From Thermoplasmata archaeon (GTDB lineage: Archaea; Thermoplasmatota; Thermoplasmata; Lutacidiplasmatales; UBA184): DNA of 38,225 nt. The position numbers and the translations under genes were made by a program. Position 1 is the first letter of the stretch, and the number at the start of each line of letters is the position of its first letter. Location of the stretch: positions 1-38,225 of the forward strand of contig JASHWZ010000177.1 of the NCBI GenBank assembly GCA_030043865.1, in the 5' to 3' direction. Below, piece after piece: positions 16,527-25,352 of this stretch. Under the pieces are notes generated by a model, which was not told the origin of the DNA, did no database searches, and saw only the letters and a list, made by a program, of their open reading frames with translations.

Positions 16527-17846
16527 ATGCCCTCGGCCCGGGAACCGGAGGACGCGTCGCCCGAGGACGACGACGAGCTCGACGAGGGGCCACCGAGGCC
16601 GCGTCGGCCGGTCCGACGCCCGCGGTCCTCCTCCTCCCGACGCGCGCCGGTCCGAAAGTGGAGCGGCTCCGACGCGGACGACGACGAGGAGGAGCTCGAG
16701 GTACCCCCGACCCGGCGCCGGTGGTTCCACCGCGACGCGAAGCCGGTGTACTGGCGGGCCCGCGACTCGCTCTTCTTCGAGCCGCTCGTGGCGGTCGCGA
16801 TCATCGTCGTGATCCTGGTCGGCCTCTACGCCTACACCCAGAACTGGCCGCCCGTCTACGTCGTCGAGTCCGACAGCATGCAGCACGGGTCGTCCGACGT
16901 GCTGGGCGTGATCAACACCGGCGACCTCGTGCTCGCGCAACGGATCCCGCTCGGCCAGATCACGCCGTACGTGGTCGGCGTACAGACCGGCTATTCCACG
17001 TACGGGGAAGCCGGCGATGTGATCCTCTACAACGCGAACGGCCAAGGCTCGACGCCGATCATCCACCGCGCGATCCTCTTCCTCGAGTGGGACCCGGCCA
17101 GCTCCACCTACAACGCGACCGACATCTCCGGTCTCAAGTGCGGGAACGCCTCGGGAGATTACCGGACACCGGGGACTCCGACCGGATGCGGCGTCACGGG
17201 GCTCAACTCCTCCACGTCGCTCGACCTGTTCGGCGTCGGCTGGCGTTCGGTGTCCGTGACCGTCCCGCTCAACCCCGGCGTGCTCGGGGACCACTCGGGC
17301 TTCCTCACGATGGGCGACAACAACTTCGAGCCGTCGGGATGCACGACGGCCTGCGAGGGACTCCCGGACCAGCTCTCCGGACTGAGTCAGCTCGTCGAGC
17401 CCGGGTGGATCGTCGGGGTCGCCCGGGGGATGATCCCGTGGGTCGGAGCGGTGAAACTGCTCATCGAGGGCGACGCGGGGGAGGTTCCTTCGCAGTCCTG
17501 GCAGTTCCTCGGACTGACGGTGGTTGGGCTGATCCTCCTCGCCTTCGGCATCCACTACGCCCTGCGCGCCGAGGGCATCGAGGACGAGCGCCGGCGGGAG
17601 CAGGAGGAGGCGGACGCGGAGGCCGAGGAGGAGGAAGCGAGCCGCCCGCCCGGACGCGGGCGCCGGTTCCTGCGAGCGCTCCGGCCGTGGAAGAGCGAGA
17701 CCGACGAGGACGACATCGACGAACCTCCGCGGCGGAAGCACACGCCGAAGGACCGGTCGAGCGGCCGGCGTGGGCGGCCGACCCCGAAGGTGCACCGGGA
17801 ACCGAAGTCGAAGTCGGGCTCGTCGTCGGATGACGACGACCTCTGA
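16527..17846 (+). CDS. Signal peptidase I, Sec11/archaeal S26B type, with long charged N- and C-terminal tails
   Basis: TM helix followed by ESDSMQH (Ser box), NTGDLVLA, TPIIHRAI (His box) and TMGDNNFEP (GDNN box), then a second TM near the C-terminus. At 439 aa it is much longer than typical archaeal SPases. Confidence 0.7.
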   Translation: MPSAREPEDASPEDDDELDEGPPRPRRPVRRPRSSSSRRAPVRKWSGSDADDDEEELEVPPTRRRWFHRDAKPVYWRARDSLFFEPLVAVAIIVVILVGLYAYTQNWPPVYVVESDSMQHGSSDVLGVINTGDLVLAQRIPLGQITPYVVGVQTGYSTYGEAGDVILYNANGQGSTPIIHRAILFLEWDPASSTYNATDISGLKCGNASGDYRTPGTPTGCGVTGLNSSTSLDLFGVGWRSVSVTVPLNPGVLGDHSGFLTMGDNNFEPSGCTTACEGLPDQLSGLSQLVEPGWIVGVARGMIPWVGAVKLLIEGDAGEVPSQSWQFLGLTVVGLILLAFGIHYALRAEGIEDERRREQEEADAEAEEEEASRPPGRGRRFLRALRPWKSETDEDDIDEPPRRKHTPKDRSSGRRGRPTPKVHREPKSKSGSSSDDDDL

Positions 17847-17888
17847 CGACGCTTGACGGGGTGGCCGGGGCGGCGCCGCGATTCGCAA

Positions 17889-17897
17889 CCTTTTAGT
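17889..17897 (+). promoter_or_regulatory. TATA-like element for prs
   Basis: CCTTTTAGT lies ~35 nt before ATG 17933. Confidence 0.4.
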
Positions 17898-17932
17898 CCC
17901 TAGGCTCGTCCGCTCCGTGGGGAACGGCTCGA

Positions 17933-18808
17933 ATGCACGTCATCGGCGGCACCGCGTCGACGTCGCTGGCCGAACGCATCTCGCGGGAACTCGGAAACGC
18001 GCCGTTCGCGATCCCGTTCACGAAGCGGTTTCCGGACGGGGAGATGTACGTGCGCGTCGGCGGGCGCTTCGAGGGCGAGGACGTCGTCGTCGTGCAGTCG
18101 ACCCGGACCGACCAGGACCTCGTGGAGCTCCTCCTCCTCGAGGATGCCGTTCGGGAGGCCGGCGCCCGCAAGGTGTTCGTGGTGGTACCCTACCTCGGCT
18201 ACGCGCGTCAGGACCGGCGTTTCTTCCCGGGCGAGCCGGTGAGCGCCCGCACGTTCTGCCGTCACATCGAGCTGGACGCCGATGCCGTCATCACGGTCGA
18301 CCTTCACTCCCGGCAGACGCTCTCGCACTTCACCAAACCCGCCTTCGAGGCGAGCGGCATCCCGGCGATCGCTCGACTTCTTCGGGAGCGACCGCTCGAC
18401 GTCCTCGTGTCGCCGGACCAGGGGGGCGTGGAGCGGGTGAAGCGCATGGCGGAACTCCTCGACAAGCCGTGGCTCGCCCTCCAGAAGAAGCGCATCGACA
18501 GCGAGCACGTCGAGCTGTCGGTGCCGAACCCGCTGCCCGTCCCCGTCGAAGGCAAACAGCTCGTGATCGTCGACGACGTCATCTCGACCGGCGGAACGAT
18601 CGTCGAGGCCGCGAAGCTGCTGAAGAAGCGGAACGTCGCGGGGATCAGCGCGGCGTGCACGCACGGTCTCTTCCTGCGCGACGGCTTTGAACGCATCAAG
18701 GCGGTCGTGGACGAAGTCTACTCGACCGACACCCTCGGCAACCCCGCGGAGAAGGCGTCCGTGGCGCCCGATATCGCCCAGATCCTCTTGCGCGAAGCGA
18801 CGCCGTAG
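17933..18808 (+). CDS. prs: Ribose-phosphate pyrophosphokinase
   Basis: RFPDGEMYVRV, VPYLGYARQDRRF and VIVDDVISTGGTIVEAAKLL (PRPP-binding loop). Confidence 0.9.
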   Translation: MHVIGGTASTSLAERISRELGNAPFAIPFTKRFPDGEMYVRVGGRFEGEDVVVVQSTRTDQDLVELLLLEDAVREAGARKVFVVVPYLGYARQDRRFFPGEPVSARTFCRHIELDADAVITVDLHSRQTLSHFTKPAFEASGIPAIARLLRERPLDVLVSPDQGGVERVKRMAELLDKPWLALQKKRIDSEHVELSVPNPLPVPVEGKQLVIVDDVISTGGTIVEAAKLLKKRNVAGISAACTHGLFLRDGFERIKAVVDEVYSTDTLGNPAEKASVAPDIAQILLREATP

Positions 18809-18823
18809 GATCGGTCGAACCGG

Positions 18824-19783
18824 ATGGACCCCCCCCGTTCGACCCAGGGCGCGCGGTCGGACGAACTCCTCGAGCTCGCGCAGCTCGTTCGCCGGGAGCT
18901 GTCGCTCCGCGAAGAGACCCCGACGGGGGACTGGGTCGAGGAGATCGCCCACTCTCTCCGCACCGGCGCGCGACCGGGGTGGTACTACCCGATCTCGGAG
19001 GGGGCGGGGCTCGCGTTCCGTTCCGAACGCGACGACCACTCCTTCGCCCACGTCCACGTGGAGACGGCCCCCGACGCGGTGGACCGGGCGCAGGCGCTGA
19101 CCGAGGCGCTCGTCTCCACGCTTCCCCCCACGGCCCGCTCGATCAGCGTGGGATTCACCGGGCTGCCCCTCGCCGCCGAGGAAGAGCTCACGGCCCGCCT
19201 CGCCCGGCGTCCGGGTTCGAACGTCATCCGACGGTACGCGATGGAGCGGCCGTTGCGGTCCCGGGATGGGGAGGGCCTCCCGCCGGTCCCCGACGCCCTT
19301 CAGCTCGTGCCGGTCCGCGAGGTGACGCTCGACGCGCTGGCGCTCCTGGACCAAAGCGCGTTCCGTGGGACGACCGACGAACTGCTCATCGGGACCGACC
19401 TGAAGGAGTACCGCCGAACCCTCGTCGCCCTGCTCGAGGGCGCGACCGGTCGATTCTTGGACGAAGCGTCCACGGCCCTCTACCGTTCGGAGCCTCCGGC
19501 CCTCGTCGGGGCGATCCTGACTTGCGAGAAGACTCCTCGACACGCCGCCTTCCAGGATTTCATGGTCGACCCCACCCTTCGCGGCCGGGGGTACGGGGCC
19601 TATCTCCTCCACTGGGCGATGCGGGCCCTGTGGGCGCTGGGTTACGAACGCGTGCGGCTGTGGGTCAGCGCGTCGAACGCGTCTGCGCGACGACTGTACG
19701 ACTCGGTGGGCTTTTCCACCACCCAGACGGCGGTCATCTATCGCTGGGACCGCGACCCATCCGCGTTCGGCCCGCGCGGGTAG
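18824..19783 (+). CDS. GNAT family N-acetyltransferase with an extra, possibly degenerate GNAT-like N-terminal domain
   Basis: C-terminal half: FMVDPTLRGRGYGAYLLHWAMRALWALGYERVRLWVSASNASARRLYDSVGF. The N-terminal ~150 aa have no clear motif. Lies 15 nt after prs. Confidence 0.65.
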   Translation: MDPPRSTQGARSDELLELAQLVRRELSLREETPTGDWVEEIAHSLRTGARPGWYYPISEGAGLAFRSERDDHSFAHVHVETAPDAVDRAQALTEALVSTLPPTARSISVGFTGLPLAAEEELTARLARRPGSNVIRRYAMERPLRSRDGEGLPPVPDALQLVPVREVTLDALALLDQSAFRGTTDELLIGTDLKEYRRTLVALLEGATGRFLDEASTALYRSEPPALVGAILTCEKTPRHAAFQDFMVDPTLRGRGYGAYLLHWAMRALWALGYERVRLWVSASNASARRLYDSVGFSTTQTAVIYRWDRDPSAFGPRG

Positions 19784-19810
19784 GGACCCACGCGCTCTTC
19801 CCCCTCCGAT

Positions 19811-20431
19811 TCAACGTGGCGCACGCACTCGGGGTACCGGACGGGCCGGCCGCCCACCGGTCCGAACGCTCGTCGAGGTCCGGACGAGTGCGCGGACCTG
19901 CCGGCGGACCGCGTCGAGCGGGGCGACCGAGCCTTCCGCGCGACACAGGATCAGGGCTCCCTCGATCGCGGCGAGGGCCGTGGTGGCGAGCGCCCGAGCG
20001 CGATCGGGGGCGACGCCGACTTCGCGCAGTTGCCGACGCAGGACCGCGGCCCACGAGCGGAACGTGGACCGCACCACTGGGGCGAGGGAGTCTTTCCCAC
20101 CGTAGTGCGACGCGGCGACCGCCGCGACCGGGCATCCCGCCCGGCAACGAGAGACCACGACCGAGCGACGGAAGAACATCACGAACCGGTCGAGTACCTC
20201 CTCCGGTGTGCGCAACGGTCCGTCTCGCTGATACCGGAGCAGCTGCTCGGTGGTCCACCGGAGCGCGTCCTCGACCAACTGTCGTTTCCCTTTCGGGAAG
20301 TGATAGTAGATCGAACCTCGCGGGGCTCCGCTCGCCGCGAGGATCTCCGAGAAGGAGGTGGCGTCGATGCCCTGGGCACCGAACAGCACCGCGGCGCTGG
20401 CGACCATCCGCTCACGGCTATCGCCCGCCAC
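19811..20431 (-). CDS. TetR/AcrR family transcriptional regulator
   Basis: SRERMVASAAVLFGAQGIDATSFSEILAASGAPRGSIYYHFPKGKRQLVEDAL is a TetR HTH. GTG 20431 with GGAGG 5 nt upstream is preferred. The ORF-track maximum extends to GTG 20497. Confidence 0.8.
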   Translation of the reverse strand: MAGDSRERMVASAAVLFGAQGIDATSFSEILAASGAPRGSIYYHFPKGKRQLVEDALRWTTEQLLRYQRDGPLRTPEEVLDRFVMFFRRSVVVSRCRAGCPVAAVAASHYGGKDSLAPVVRSTFRSWAAVLRRQLREVGVAPDRARALATTALAAIEGALILCRAEGSVAPLDAVRRQVRALVRTSTSVRTGGRPARPVPRVRAPR

Positions 20432-20500
20432 GGCCCCTCCGTCGCCCCAGCGAAGTCCCTCCTGAAAGGATATCCCCCGCGTCCGGGCGACCGTCACCTA

Positions 20501-20516
20501 TATGACGAGCATCATA
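20501..20516. promoter_or_regulatory. Candidate TetR operator palindrome in the TetR/tautomerase divergent spacer
   Basis: TATGA-cgagca-TCATA: 5-bp inverted arms with a 6-bp spacer, overlapping the AT-rich TATA-like CTATAT. Confidence 0.3.
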
Positions 20517-20534
20517 ATCCGTCCGACGACGACC

Positions 20535-20984
20535 ATGCCGATGATCGACGTGTATGCCAAGGCGGGAACGTTCGCGGACCGACACACGCTGGCTCGGGAC
20601 CTCGCCGCAGCGGTGATGAAGTGGGAGAAGGTACCGAAGCTGCCGCTCTTCCAAAAGAACACCGCCGCGTTCGTTCACGACCTGCCCTCCGACGCCATCT
20701 CGAACGTCGATGGCGAGAGTAACTACGTGCGTGTCCAAGTCCTGACCCCGGTCGGCGTTCTCGACCGGGACAAGCAGCTGGGCGTCGTCGGTGAACTGAC
20801 CGAGATCGTCGCCACGGCCGCCCACGACCCGACGCTGAAGGCGCGCACCTGGGTCCTGATCACGGAATCTCCCAGCGGTGGCTGGGGTATCGCCGGTCAC
20901 GCGAACACCGGAGACGACATTGCGAAGGCGGCCCGCGAGCAGATCGCCGCGTTGACGGCCCACGGGGCGGCCGGCAAGCCGTAG
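20535..20984 (+). CDS. Tautomerase-superfamily protein (4-OT-like, N-terminal Pro)
   Basis: Internal ATG gives MPMIDVYAKAGTF..., the Met-Pro N-terminus and beta-alpha-beta start typical of the tautomerase family. Divergent from the TetR gene. Confidence 0.55.
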   Translation: MPMIDVYAKAGTFADRHTLARDLAAAVMKWEKVPKLPLFQKNTAAFVHDLPSDAISNVDGESNYVRVQVLTPVGVLDRDKQLGVVGELTEIVATAAHDPTLKARTWVLITESPSGGWGIAGHANTGDDIAKAAREQIAALTAHGAAGKP

Positions 20985-21172
20985 GGCGCGACGCATCGTC
21001 TCGCGGGGCGGCCGAGTTCGGCCCCGTCGGTGGCTCGCCAACGGGGAAGGCGAAGCCGACCGCCGGGTCCTAACCCGGAGGCCGGATCGAGCGATGTCGC
21101 CCCTGCGGGATCGCGCCTTGACGCCATAGGTTAAACGCACCCGCCGAGTGGCACGGTCGAGGAGGGGGCCCG

Positions 21173-22774
21173 TTGAGCTCAGCGAACGGGCCCGCGGGTT
21201 CCGGACCCGCGCCGTCCGGCTCCCCCATCCCGAAAACTCTCGAGACCTTCGATCGACCGTACGCCTACCGCGTCATGGCGCTCCTCGCGGGTATCGTGGT
21301 CGTCGTGATGTACATCGAGGGCATGCTCACGCCCTCCCTGCCCACCATCCAGGTCGATTTCGGCGTCGATACCGCCCAAGTGAGTTTGATCCTCTCCGCG
21401 TACGCGGCCGCCGGGGTCGCCCTCTCCCCCGTGGTGGGGAAGTTGGGCGACATCTACGGCAAGCGTAGGGTGCTCGTCGGCGTGATGCTGGGCTACGCGG
21501 CCGCGGTATCGGTGACCGGGTTCTCTCCGAACTTCACGTTCATGGTCGCGGCGCGTACCGTGCAAGGGATCGGGCTCACCATCATGCCGCTCGGGATGGC
21601 GCTGATGCGGGACGAGTTCCCCCGGGAGCTCATCCCTCGCGCTCAGGGGCTGCTCAGCGCGATGTTCGGCATCGGCTTCGTGATCAGCCTCCCGCTGGGT
21701 TCCTTCGTCTCGCAAAACTACGGGTGGCGGGTGACCTACCATTCGGCAATCCCGTTCGTGGTCCTCCTCGCGATCCTCCTCGTCCTGTTCACGCGGGAGT
21801 CGGCCTACCGTCGACCCGATACGAAGGTCGACTACGTGGGGGCGGCGTTCCTGGGCGGCGCACTGGCGGGGATCGTGACCGCGCTGTCCCAGGGGCAGGT
21901 GTGGGGCTGGACGTCGTTCGCCACCCTGGGGTTCCTCGCCGCGGGAGTGCTCCTGTTCGTCCCGTTCGCGCTCTACGAGTCGTGGTGGAAACGTCGGCAG
22001 CGGGAGCCGATCGTCGACGGGAAGTTGCTACGGGAGAGGAACGTTCTCGTGACCAACGTGGTCCTGACGGTGGTGGGACTCGGAATGTACCTCGCGCTCT
22101 TCTCGCTCATCTACCAGTTCGAGTACCCCCCGGCGTCCGGGGGATACAACGGGAGCTTCCCGACGTTCAACATCCTCGATGCGGGCCTGTACATCGTCCC
22201 CCTCGCGCTCGGGATGATCGTCTTCGCGGTCGCTGTCAGCTTCTTCGTCGCGCGCGTGGGCGTCAAGCCGTTTGCGATCGCCGGAAGTGTCGTCACCGCG
22301 CTCGGCTTCTATCTCATCTCGATCGCCACTACGCTCGACCAGGCGTTGCTGTACGAGACGGTCATCGGCGCCGGGATCGCCCTCCTGAATGCCTCGATCA
22401 TCAACCTCCTGGTGCTGACCGTGGACCCGAAGGACATGAGCCAGGCCACGGCGATGAACAACGTCTTCCGGAACGTCGGCGGAAGCGTCGGGGCCCCGAT
22501 CGCCGGCTCGTTACTGGCCACCTACGTCTTGACGGCCGGACCGCTCGCCGGCCTCCCGGCCCACGTGGCCTTCCAGTACGCCTTCTGGATGGCGGCGATC
22601 GTCACGCTCATCGCCGGCGTCGCTGTCTTGTTCGGCCACGAGGTCCTCGGGCGGTGGCGGCACCCCCGGTTCGCGCACCTCCCCACGATGCCCGGGGCAC
22701 CGAAGCCCGAACCGTCCGCACCCGTTCCGGCGCCGCCGATGCCGCTTCCCGGAGAGATTCCGACACCGCGGTAA
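21173..22774 (+). CDS. MFS transporter, DHA2/EmrB-like (14 TMS) drug:H+ antiporter type
   Basis: TTG start with GGAGGGGG 6 nt upstream. PTIQVDFGVDTAQVSLILSAYAAAGVALSPVVGKLGDIYGKRRVL (MFS motif A region), many TM helices, Pro-rich tail. Confidence 0.8.
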   Translation: MSSANGPAGSGPAPSGSPIPKTLETFDRPYAYRVMALLAGIVVVVMYIEGMLTPSLPTIQVDFGVDTAQVSLILSAYAAAGVALSPVVGKLGDIYGKRRVLVGVMLGYAAAVSVTGFSPNFTFMVAARTVQGIGLTIMPLGMALMRDEFPRELIPRAQGLLSAMFGIGFVISLPLGSFVSQNYGWRVTYHSAIPFVVLLAILLVLFTRESAYRRPDTKVDYVGAAFLGGALAGIVTALSQGQVWGWTSFATLGFLAAGVLLFVPFALYESWWKRRQREPIVDGKLLRERNVLVTNVVLTVVGLGMYLALFSLIYQFEYPPASGGYNGSFPTFNILDAGLYIVPLALGMIVFAVAVSFFVARVGVKPFAIAGSVVTALGFYLISIATTLDQALLYETVIGAGIALLNASIINLLVLTVDPKDMSQATAMNNVFRNVGGSVGAPIAGSLLATYVLTAGPLAGLPAHVAFQYAFWMAAIVTLIAGVAVLFGHEVLGRWRHPRFAHLPTMPGAPKPEPSAPVPAPPMPLPGEIPTPR

Positions 22775-22821
22775 CGGGCCCCGATTCCGCCCGTGCCGCC
22801 GAGCGAGGTTTCGCCGAGAGA

Positions 22822-23178
22822 CTACTGATTCGCACGGACGGCCGCTTCCACGATCGAGAGTGCGAAGGCCAGGTCCCGAGGTCCGAGGATCCGAATCTCT
22901 ACCCACTCCGAACCGGGTCCGCGCGCGATCAGTCGGGGGTCCAGCGTTCCGTCCCGCTTGCGCTTGCGAATCTCTTCCCGAGTCAAGCGAACGTCCATCC
23001 TCGAGTCGCCATGGAAGTGGACGATCTCGCGACCCCCGACCGCGAAGCTCTGGCCGTGCCCGTAACGCGAGACCTTCCGCTCGACCCCGGGGACCGCGGC
23101 GATCCGATATTCGAGTTCCTCCCGCAGAGCCGTGGCGGTCGAGGGCGAAGCGTGAGGCGTCGTTTTCGAGGGAGCCAT
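22822..23178 (-). CDS. Conserved hypothetical (resembles DUF5519 / luciferase-domain small proteins)
   Basis: GVERKVSRYGHGQSFAVGGREIVHFHGDSRMDVRLTREEIRK...SEWVEIRILGPRDLAFALSIVEAAV. The family assignment is from memory only. Confidence 0.4.
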   Translation of the reverse strand: MAPSKTTPHASPSTATALREELEYRIAAVPGVERKVSRYGHGQSFAVGGREIVHFHGDSRMDVRLTREEIRKRKRDGTLDPRLIARGPGSEWVEIRILGPRDLAFALSIVEAAVRANQ

Positions 23179-23216
23179 CTTCCGGAGCTCCTGGGCGGCC
23201 CGCCGAGTTCCGCCCG

Positions 23217-23618
23217 TCAGTCGGTGCGGTTCGAGATCAGGAACTCGTTCCCGTCCGGGTCGGCGAACCCGGCGCGCACGAAGGTGCCGATCGACGTCTC
23301 GAACGGAGTCGCGGGCATCGTGATCGTGCCTCCGCGCCGGGCGATCTCGGCGACCGCCGCGGCCGGGTCCGGATGGCGAAAGACGATCCCCGACACGGTC
23401 CCGGGCTCGCGTCCCCCTTCTTCCGGGCGCATCACGTGCATGGTGAGGAGCGTCGTCGAGTCCGGCAACGCGAACACGATTCGTGCGGCCCGTTCATCGA
23501 ACAGCAGTTCCTTGAGGCGGAGCACGTCGCGGTAGAACGATCGAGCGAGGAGCGGGTCCCGGATGTGGATCGTGACCGAATGCAAACCGGTGACGACGTC
23601 GCTCACGTGTCGCCCCAC
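23217..23618 (-). CDS. VOC/glyoxalase-bleomycin resistance family protein
   Basis: LHSVTIHIRDPLLARSFYRDVLRL... and AGFADPDGNEFLI are typical VOC fold blocks. GTG 23618, or GTG 23606 which sits ~25 nt from a TTAATC element. Confidence 0.75.
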   Translation of the reverse strand: MGRHVSDVVTGLHSVTIHIRDPLLARSFYRDVLRLKELLFDERAARIVFALPDSTTLLTMHVMRPEEGGREPGTVSGIVFRHPDPAAAVAEIARRGGTITMPATPFETSIGTFVRAGFADPDGNEFLISNRTD

Positions 23619-23739
23619 CGGTCGATCGCGATTAAGGGTTCGGTCATCGACGTCGGGGACCTCGGACCTCGGAGCACCGGATGGACCGGCCGCGTGACGG
23701 GGGCGCGCGGCTATCTGGGGGCAAACCGCTGGGTGGACC

Positions 23740-25320
23740 GTGACCGAGGCGTCGCGTCACCCGCTGATCATCGGGAGCGGGATCGCGGGGCTCTACGTCG
23801 CCCTTCGATGCCGGGAGCTCGGTCTACGACCGACGATCGTCACGAAGGCCCGTCTCGAAGAGTCGAACACGAGGTACGCCCAGGGCGGAATCGCCGCGGC
23901 GATCGGCCCGGACGACTCTCCGAAGCAGCACCTGGAGGACACGGTCCGCGCCGGCGACGAGCTCGTCGATCGTTCGGCGGCGCGGGTGCTGACCTCCGAG
24001 GCGCCCGCGCGGATCGCCGACCTCGTTCGGTACGGGGTCCCGTTCGATACCGTGGAGGGACGGATCTCGCTCGGACGGGAGGCGGCCCACTCGCGCTCCC
24101 GCACGTTGCACGCCGGCGGCGACGCGACGGGGTACTCGATCGAGGAGACCCTCAAGCGCCGTGTCCTCGACGCGGGGATCGATGCCCGGGAGCGGACCGT
24201 ACTGCGGGCTCTTCAGCCGGGTTCACGGGACGGGCCGGTCGCGGTCCTGTCGGACGCCGACGGGAAGAATCTGGAGTACTCGACCCCCGCTCCCGTCGTG
24301 CTCGCGACCGGGGGCGCGGGCAGCCTCTATCGCCACAGCTCGAACCCCGCCGTGGCGACCGGGGAGGGCGTGGCGATCGCGTTCCGGGCCGGGGCACTGC
24401 TCACCGACATGGAGTTCATCCAATTCCACCCGACGGCGTTCTATCGGGAAGGCGCCCCCCGGTTCCTGATCACGGAAGCGCTCCGGGGCGAGGGCGCGGT
24501 CCTGCGCAACGACGCGGGCGACCGGTTCATGGTCGGGATCCACCGCGATGCCGAGCTCGCGCCTCGGGACATCGTCGCCCGGGCGATCGAGCGGCAGATC
24601 GTGACGACGGGGCACCCGTGCGTGTACCTCGACGCGACCGGCCTCCCCCGGGACCTCCTCTACGCGCGGTTCCCGTCGGTCTGTCACTTCCTCGCTACGT
24701 ACGGGCTCGACCCGTCCCGGGACCAGGTCCCGGTGGCTCCGGTCGCCCACTACATGATCGGGGGCGTGACGACCGACTTGGAGGGTCGCTCCTCCCTCCA
24801 CGGCCTCTACGCGGCCGGGGAGGTCGCGTCGACCGGGGTGCACGGCGCGAACCGACTCGCCGGCAACTCGCTGCTCGAGGGTCTCGTCTTCGGGGAACGC
24901 GTGGCTCGGCAGCTCCTGCATCCCGCGTCCGGCGGACCGAAACCTCCGTCCCGCATCCTCGAGGTCCCTCTCGCGGGCGGGACCGGGGTCGCCGAAGAGC
25001 CCGGGGAGCTCGAGAGCGTGCGCAACGCTCTCTGGGACGATGTCGGCATCGTCCGATCGGCGGAAGGGCTGCGCTCGGCCGTCGAGCTGTTCGAACGGCG
25101 GGCGAAGTGGAGCCCGGCGGGGCGTCCGGACGCTTTCCCCGGGCCGGTGGCGAACGCCGCGCTCACGGCGCTCCTGATCGCCCGTGCCGCCGCCTACCGG
25201 ACCGAGAGTCGAGGCGCGCACTTCCGGTCGGACTATCCCCAGCGACGGGCGCAATGGCGGGTCCACATCGGGTTGCGGCAGCCGACCGGGCCGGCCCGGG
25301 CGGGCACCGTGCACCGATAA
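23740..25320 (+). CDS. nadB: L-aspartate oxidase
   Basis: GTG start. IIGSGIAGL FAD motif, YAQGGIAAA, HAGGDATG, LAPRDIVARAI, HYMIGGV and GANRLAGNSLLEGLVFG. Confidence 0.9.
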   Translation: MTEASRHPLIIGSGIAGLYVALRCRELGLRPTIVTKARLEESNTRYAQGGIAAAIGPDDSPKQHLEDTVRAGDELVDRSAARVLTSEAPARIADLVRYGVPFDTVEGRISLGREAAHSRSRTLHAGGDATGYSIEETLKRRVLDAGIDARERTVLRALQPGSRDGPVAVLSDADGKNLEYSTPAPVVLATGGAGSLYRHSSNPAVATGEGVAIAFRAGALLTDMEFIQFHPTAFYREGAPRFLITEALRGEGAVLRNDAGDRFMVGIHRDAELAPRDIVARAIERQIVTTGHPCVYLDATGLPRDLLYARFPSVCHFLATYGLDPSRDQVPVAPVAHYMIGGVTTDLEGRSSLHGLYAAGEVASTGVHGANRLAGNSLLEGLVFGERVARQLLHPASGGPKPPSRILEVPLAGGTGVAEEPGELESVRNALWDDVGIVRSAEGLRSAVELFERRAKWSPAGRPDAFPGPVANAALTALLIARAAAYRTESRGAHFRSDYPQRRAQWRVHIGLRQPTGPARAGTVHR

Positions 25321-25352
25321 CCATTATTCCGTGACGGGGGGTCGCCCGCCGC

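Noticed and set aside
21063-21078. Anticodon-arm-like hairpin CCGGG-tcctaa-CCCGG.
   Set aside because: The loop is 6 nt rather than 7, there is no U33-like position, and there are no flanking D or T arms.
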